The notes below the pieces were generated by a model. The model worked only from the letters and a program-made list of their open reading frames with translations, ran no database searches and had not been told where the DNA came from. DNA of 64,000 bases from a bacterium (lineage in GTDB: Bacteria > SZUA-182 > DTGQ01 > JAFGSM01). The number at the start of each line of letters is the position of its first letter. Within the stretch, counting starts at the first letter, position 1. This document shows positions 61,940-64,000 of the stretch, in pieces. The stretch lies in contig JBLIRO010000006.1 in assembly GCA_049472335.1 (NCBI GenBank), forward strand, positions 1-64,000, given 5' to 3'. A program made the translations under genes and the position numbers.

Positions 61940-64000
61940 TTAGTATAAAGTGTCTGAATATCCATAACGTATTGCCTGCTCTGATCCTGAACTTCCTGGT
62001 GGATCAGGCAAGGTATTGTTTGGGATAAACTCAAAATCAAGTATATCCCCCGGACTAAAATCAAACCAGATAACAAAAGGATTATCCGTTGATTTATCAG
62101 AAGGATCCGGGAATGTACCCTGATAGGTATAACAATCAGGATATTCTACATGGAAGATCTCATCCGCCTCATTCACAATTACCCTGAAGACGGATCCTGC
62201 AATGGGCGGATTTCCTTTTTCATCCTGGATATACACGGTAAAAGCGACTACGTGTCCGAACATATTATTCGGAGTGACATCCATGAAACATTCTCCTGAA
62301 AAAAGTACGGGCATTCTTGCCATAATCCGGTTAGTCATACCACTTTTACTGCTTTCCCATACAAATCCGGCTGGAGCTGAGGCAAGCCCGCTTTTGGACC
62401 TAAGAAAATTGATGCCTTCTCCACCTATATAGACGGCTTTAGGACCCGCAGGATCACTATCGATAGCGAGGCTGTGCATCGCAAAAAGCGTGATATCATC
62501 CGGTGGTTCATACTGGGGAAGTCCCTGATTGGCTTCCTGCCAAGGCTCTATCGGCAGGTTGGTTATGGTATCCAGGGTTCGGACATAGACATTGCCGACA
62601 GCATGAGGTATAAGGGCTCCCATATAATATGTGACCGCATAGAGTTTATTGTTCACATTGTCTATCAGGAGATCTTTTATATTTGTACCTGGGGCACGGA
62701 TCGTATCGAAGGTAAAGGTGTCGCCTTCTTTAAAGTCAAATGTTCCGTCATATATTTGAAATGCAATTTCCTGGTTATCCGATTCGTAAGGAATGCCTAC
62801 GGTTGCATCCGATTGCGGACCTGACTGACTCCCGACCACGCTGAATATCCCGGAATCAGATATAGCGCTTGTACAGGTCACGGTCCATGTCTCTGATAAC
62901 ACATTTGGTTTTACAGTCACCTTACTCATTGAACCATTTCCTATATTTCCCGCATTCGGTAATGGTTCCGTGGCGGAAAGCCCTTTGCTCATTCCTCCTG
63001 AATAGGATATCCACGATACGGCTCCATCATTAGTTCCCCATACTCCGGCATCTTCTGTACCCACATAAAACACGTGAGGAGGATCCGGATGCATTTCAAT
63101 GGTCATGATCCTGTCACCAGAAAAAGATGTGGCCTCTGACCAGAGGATTCCGCCGTCCAGGCTTTTGAATATACCGGCATCCGTACCAGCGAATAAAGTC
63201 GCTGATGAACCATTGGTGCCCGGCACTTTGACAATATCATGCACGACTTTACCAACCCCCAGCCCGCTCGCTATTATATGAAACTCAAATATGTCTCCTG
63301 CATCAAAAGGAGTATATCCTGTGTAAATCGTAAAGGCCACTTCGTCATTATCCGATACATAAGGTTCGTTATTTCTGGCTCTGGCATATTGGATGCCGGA
63401 GATTTCTCCTGTAACAACCCATTTCCCATCCGCTATGCTGCTTAAAGAGAAAAAATCCCCTTTCTTGAAGAAATTTTTCTCACCTGAATAAATAGTAAAA
63501 CTAATAAGGCTGGAGACAAATGGAATATCGGTTCTGGCATTGCCATATTTTCCTCCATTGGGATCAGAATAATCAGCCTTGATATACCAACTGTCCGCCA
63601 ATGTTTGGAAGGTAAAGCAATCCCCATGACTAAAAGTGCTATTGGGTATTATATAGAATTCCACCTCACTATTATCGGAGATATATGGCTTTGAAAGGTC
63701 CATATATTTAGCTTGAAGACCGGAATAAGTTCCTCTTACTTCGAATCCGGCTTCTGTCCAACCGAATGTAAGATTCGGATCACGGTAGGTCACAAACCAC
63801 GTTTCATTCCTGGTAGAGGCTGACGTATCAGTCACATATAGTATGCCATGATTATTGGGATCAGGCTTTCCTGTTGTTGAAAGATTAGGATCAAACCCAC
63901 CCACATATGTGATAGTCCATGATTCTGTACCTGCCAGTAAAGATATTTCAAGATCATCCAGGTATCCATCGGCATTACTCCCTGACGCAGAAGTATTGGG
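61940..64000 (-). CDS. C-terminal part of a large extracellular repeat protein (5' end outside the window)
   Basis: Frame stays open to base 64000; repeated W.V.G..SG.Q..A....PY.SDN.E..F.I..G...F..GD.F.F modules and BNR-like S/T.DGG..W motifs. Confidence 0.75.
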   Translation of the reverse strand, partial: PNTSASGSNADGYLDDLEISLLAGTESWTITYVGGFDPNLSTTGKPDPNNHGILYVTDTSASTRNETWFVTYRDPNLTFGWTEAGFEVRGTYSGLQAKYMDLSKPYISDNSEVEFYIIPNSTFSHGDCFTFQTLADSWYIKADYSDPNGGKYGNARTDIPFVSSLISFTIYSGEKNFFKKGDFFSLSSIADGKWVVTGEISGIQYARARNNEPYVSDNDEVAFTIYTGYTPFDAGDIFEFHIIASGLGVGKVVHDIVKVPGTNGSSATLFAGTDAGIFKSLDGGILWSEATSFSGDRIMTIEMHPDPPHVFYVGTEDAGVWGTNDGAVSWISYSGGMSKGLSATEPLPNAGNIGNGSMSKVTVKPNVLSETWTVTCTSAISDSGIFSVVGSQSGPQSDATVGIPYESDNQEIAFQIYDGTFDFKEGDTFTFDTIRAPGTNIKDLLIDNVNNKLYAVTYYMGALIPHAVGNVYVRTLDTITNLPIEPWQEANQGLPQYEPPDDITLFAMHSLAIDSDPAGPKAVYIGGEGINFLRSKSGLASAPAGFVWESSKSGMTNRIMARMPVLFSGECFMDVTPNNMFGHVVAFTVYIQDEKGNPPIAGSVFRVIVNEADEIFHVEYPDCYTYQGTFPDPSDKSTDNPFVIWFDFSPGDILDFEFIPNNTLPDPPGSSGSEQAIRYGYSDTLY

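Overview
64 kb of chromosome from a Gram-negative (Kdo-making), probably anaerobic bacterium; the Desulfobacterota/Nitrospirota-like flavour is an impression only. Housekeeping backbone: Xaa-Pro peptidase, dgt-kdsB, ntrY-like kinase/DUF4390/cobO, GH57 branching enzyme, gpmA, L,D-transpeptidase plus Lpp/OprI-like lipoprotein, parC/parE, rplM...rpsI-argJ-rpsB-tsf-pyrH-frr-tgt-yajC-secD-secF, asnB, glmU-like/glmM/giant glmS-like, carA...carB. Accessory content: two type II TA pairs, a zinc-ribbon HtpX fusion, a PilY1-like adhesin, a TMTC-like GT-C/TPR protein, a sulfatase-fold protein, two paralogous secreted proteins ending PWWxF, and a truncated large repeat surface protein. No rRNA, tRNA, CRISPR array, transposase or integrase was seen. 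Most notable points: (1) one PWWxF paralog is a 748-codon frame broken only by an in-frame UGA followed by a hairpin and flanked by paralog-specific cysteines (Sec/readthrough candidate, or a nonsense allele); (2) a 1.5-kb islet bounded by a diverged duplicate of the parE 3' end splits parE-parC; (3) several families of small non-autonomous palindromic elements, one probably truncating the peptidase; (4) a non-canonical GlmS/GlmU-like set; (5) rplM-rpsI split by a HAMP protein and a tetraheme cytochrome; (6) cobO can apparently only start at a non-canonical codon (ATA). All family calls are from motif recognition, not database searches.
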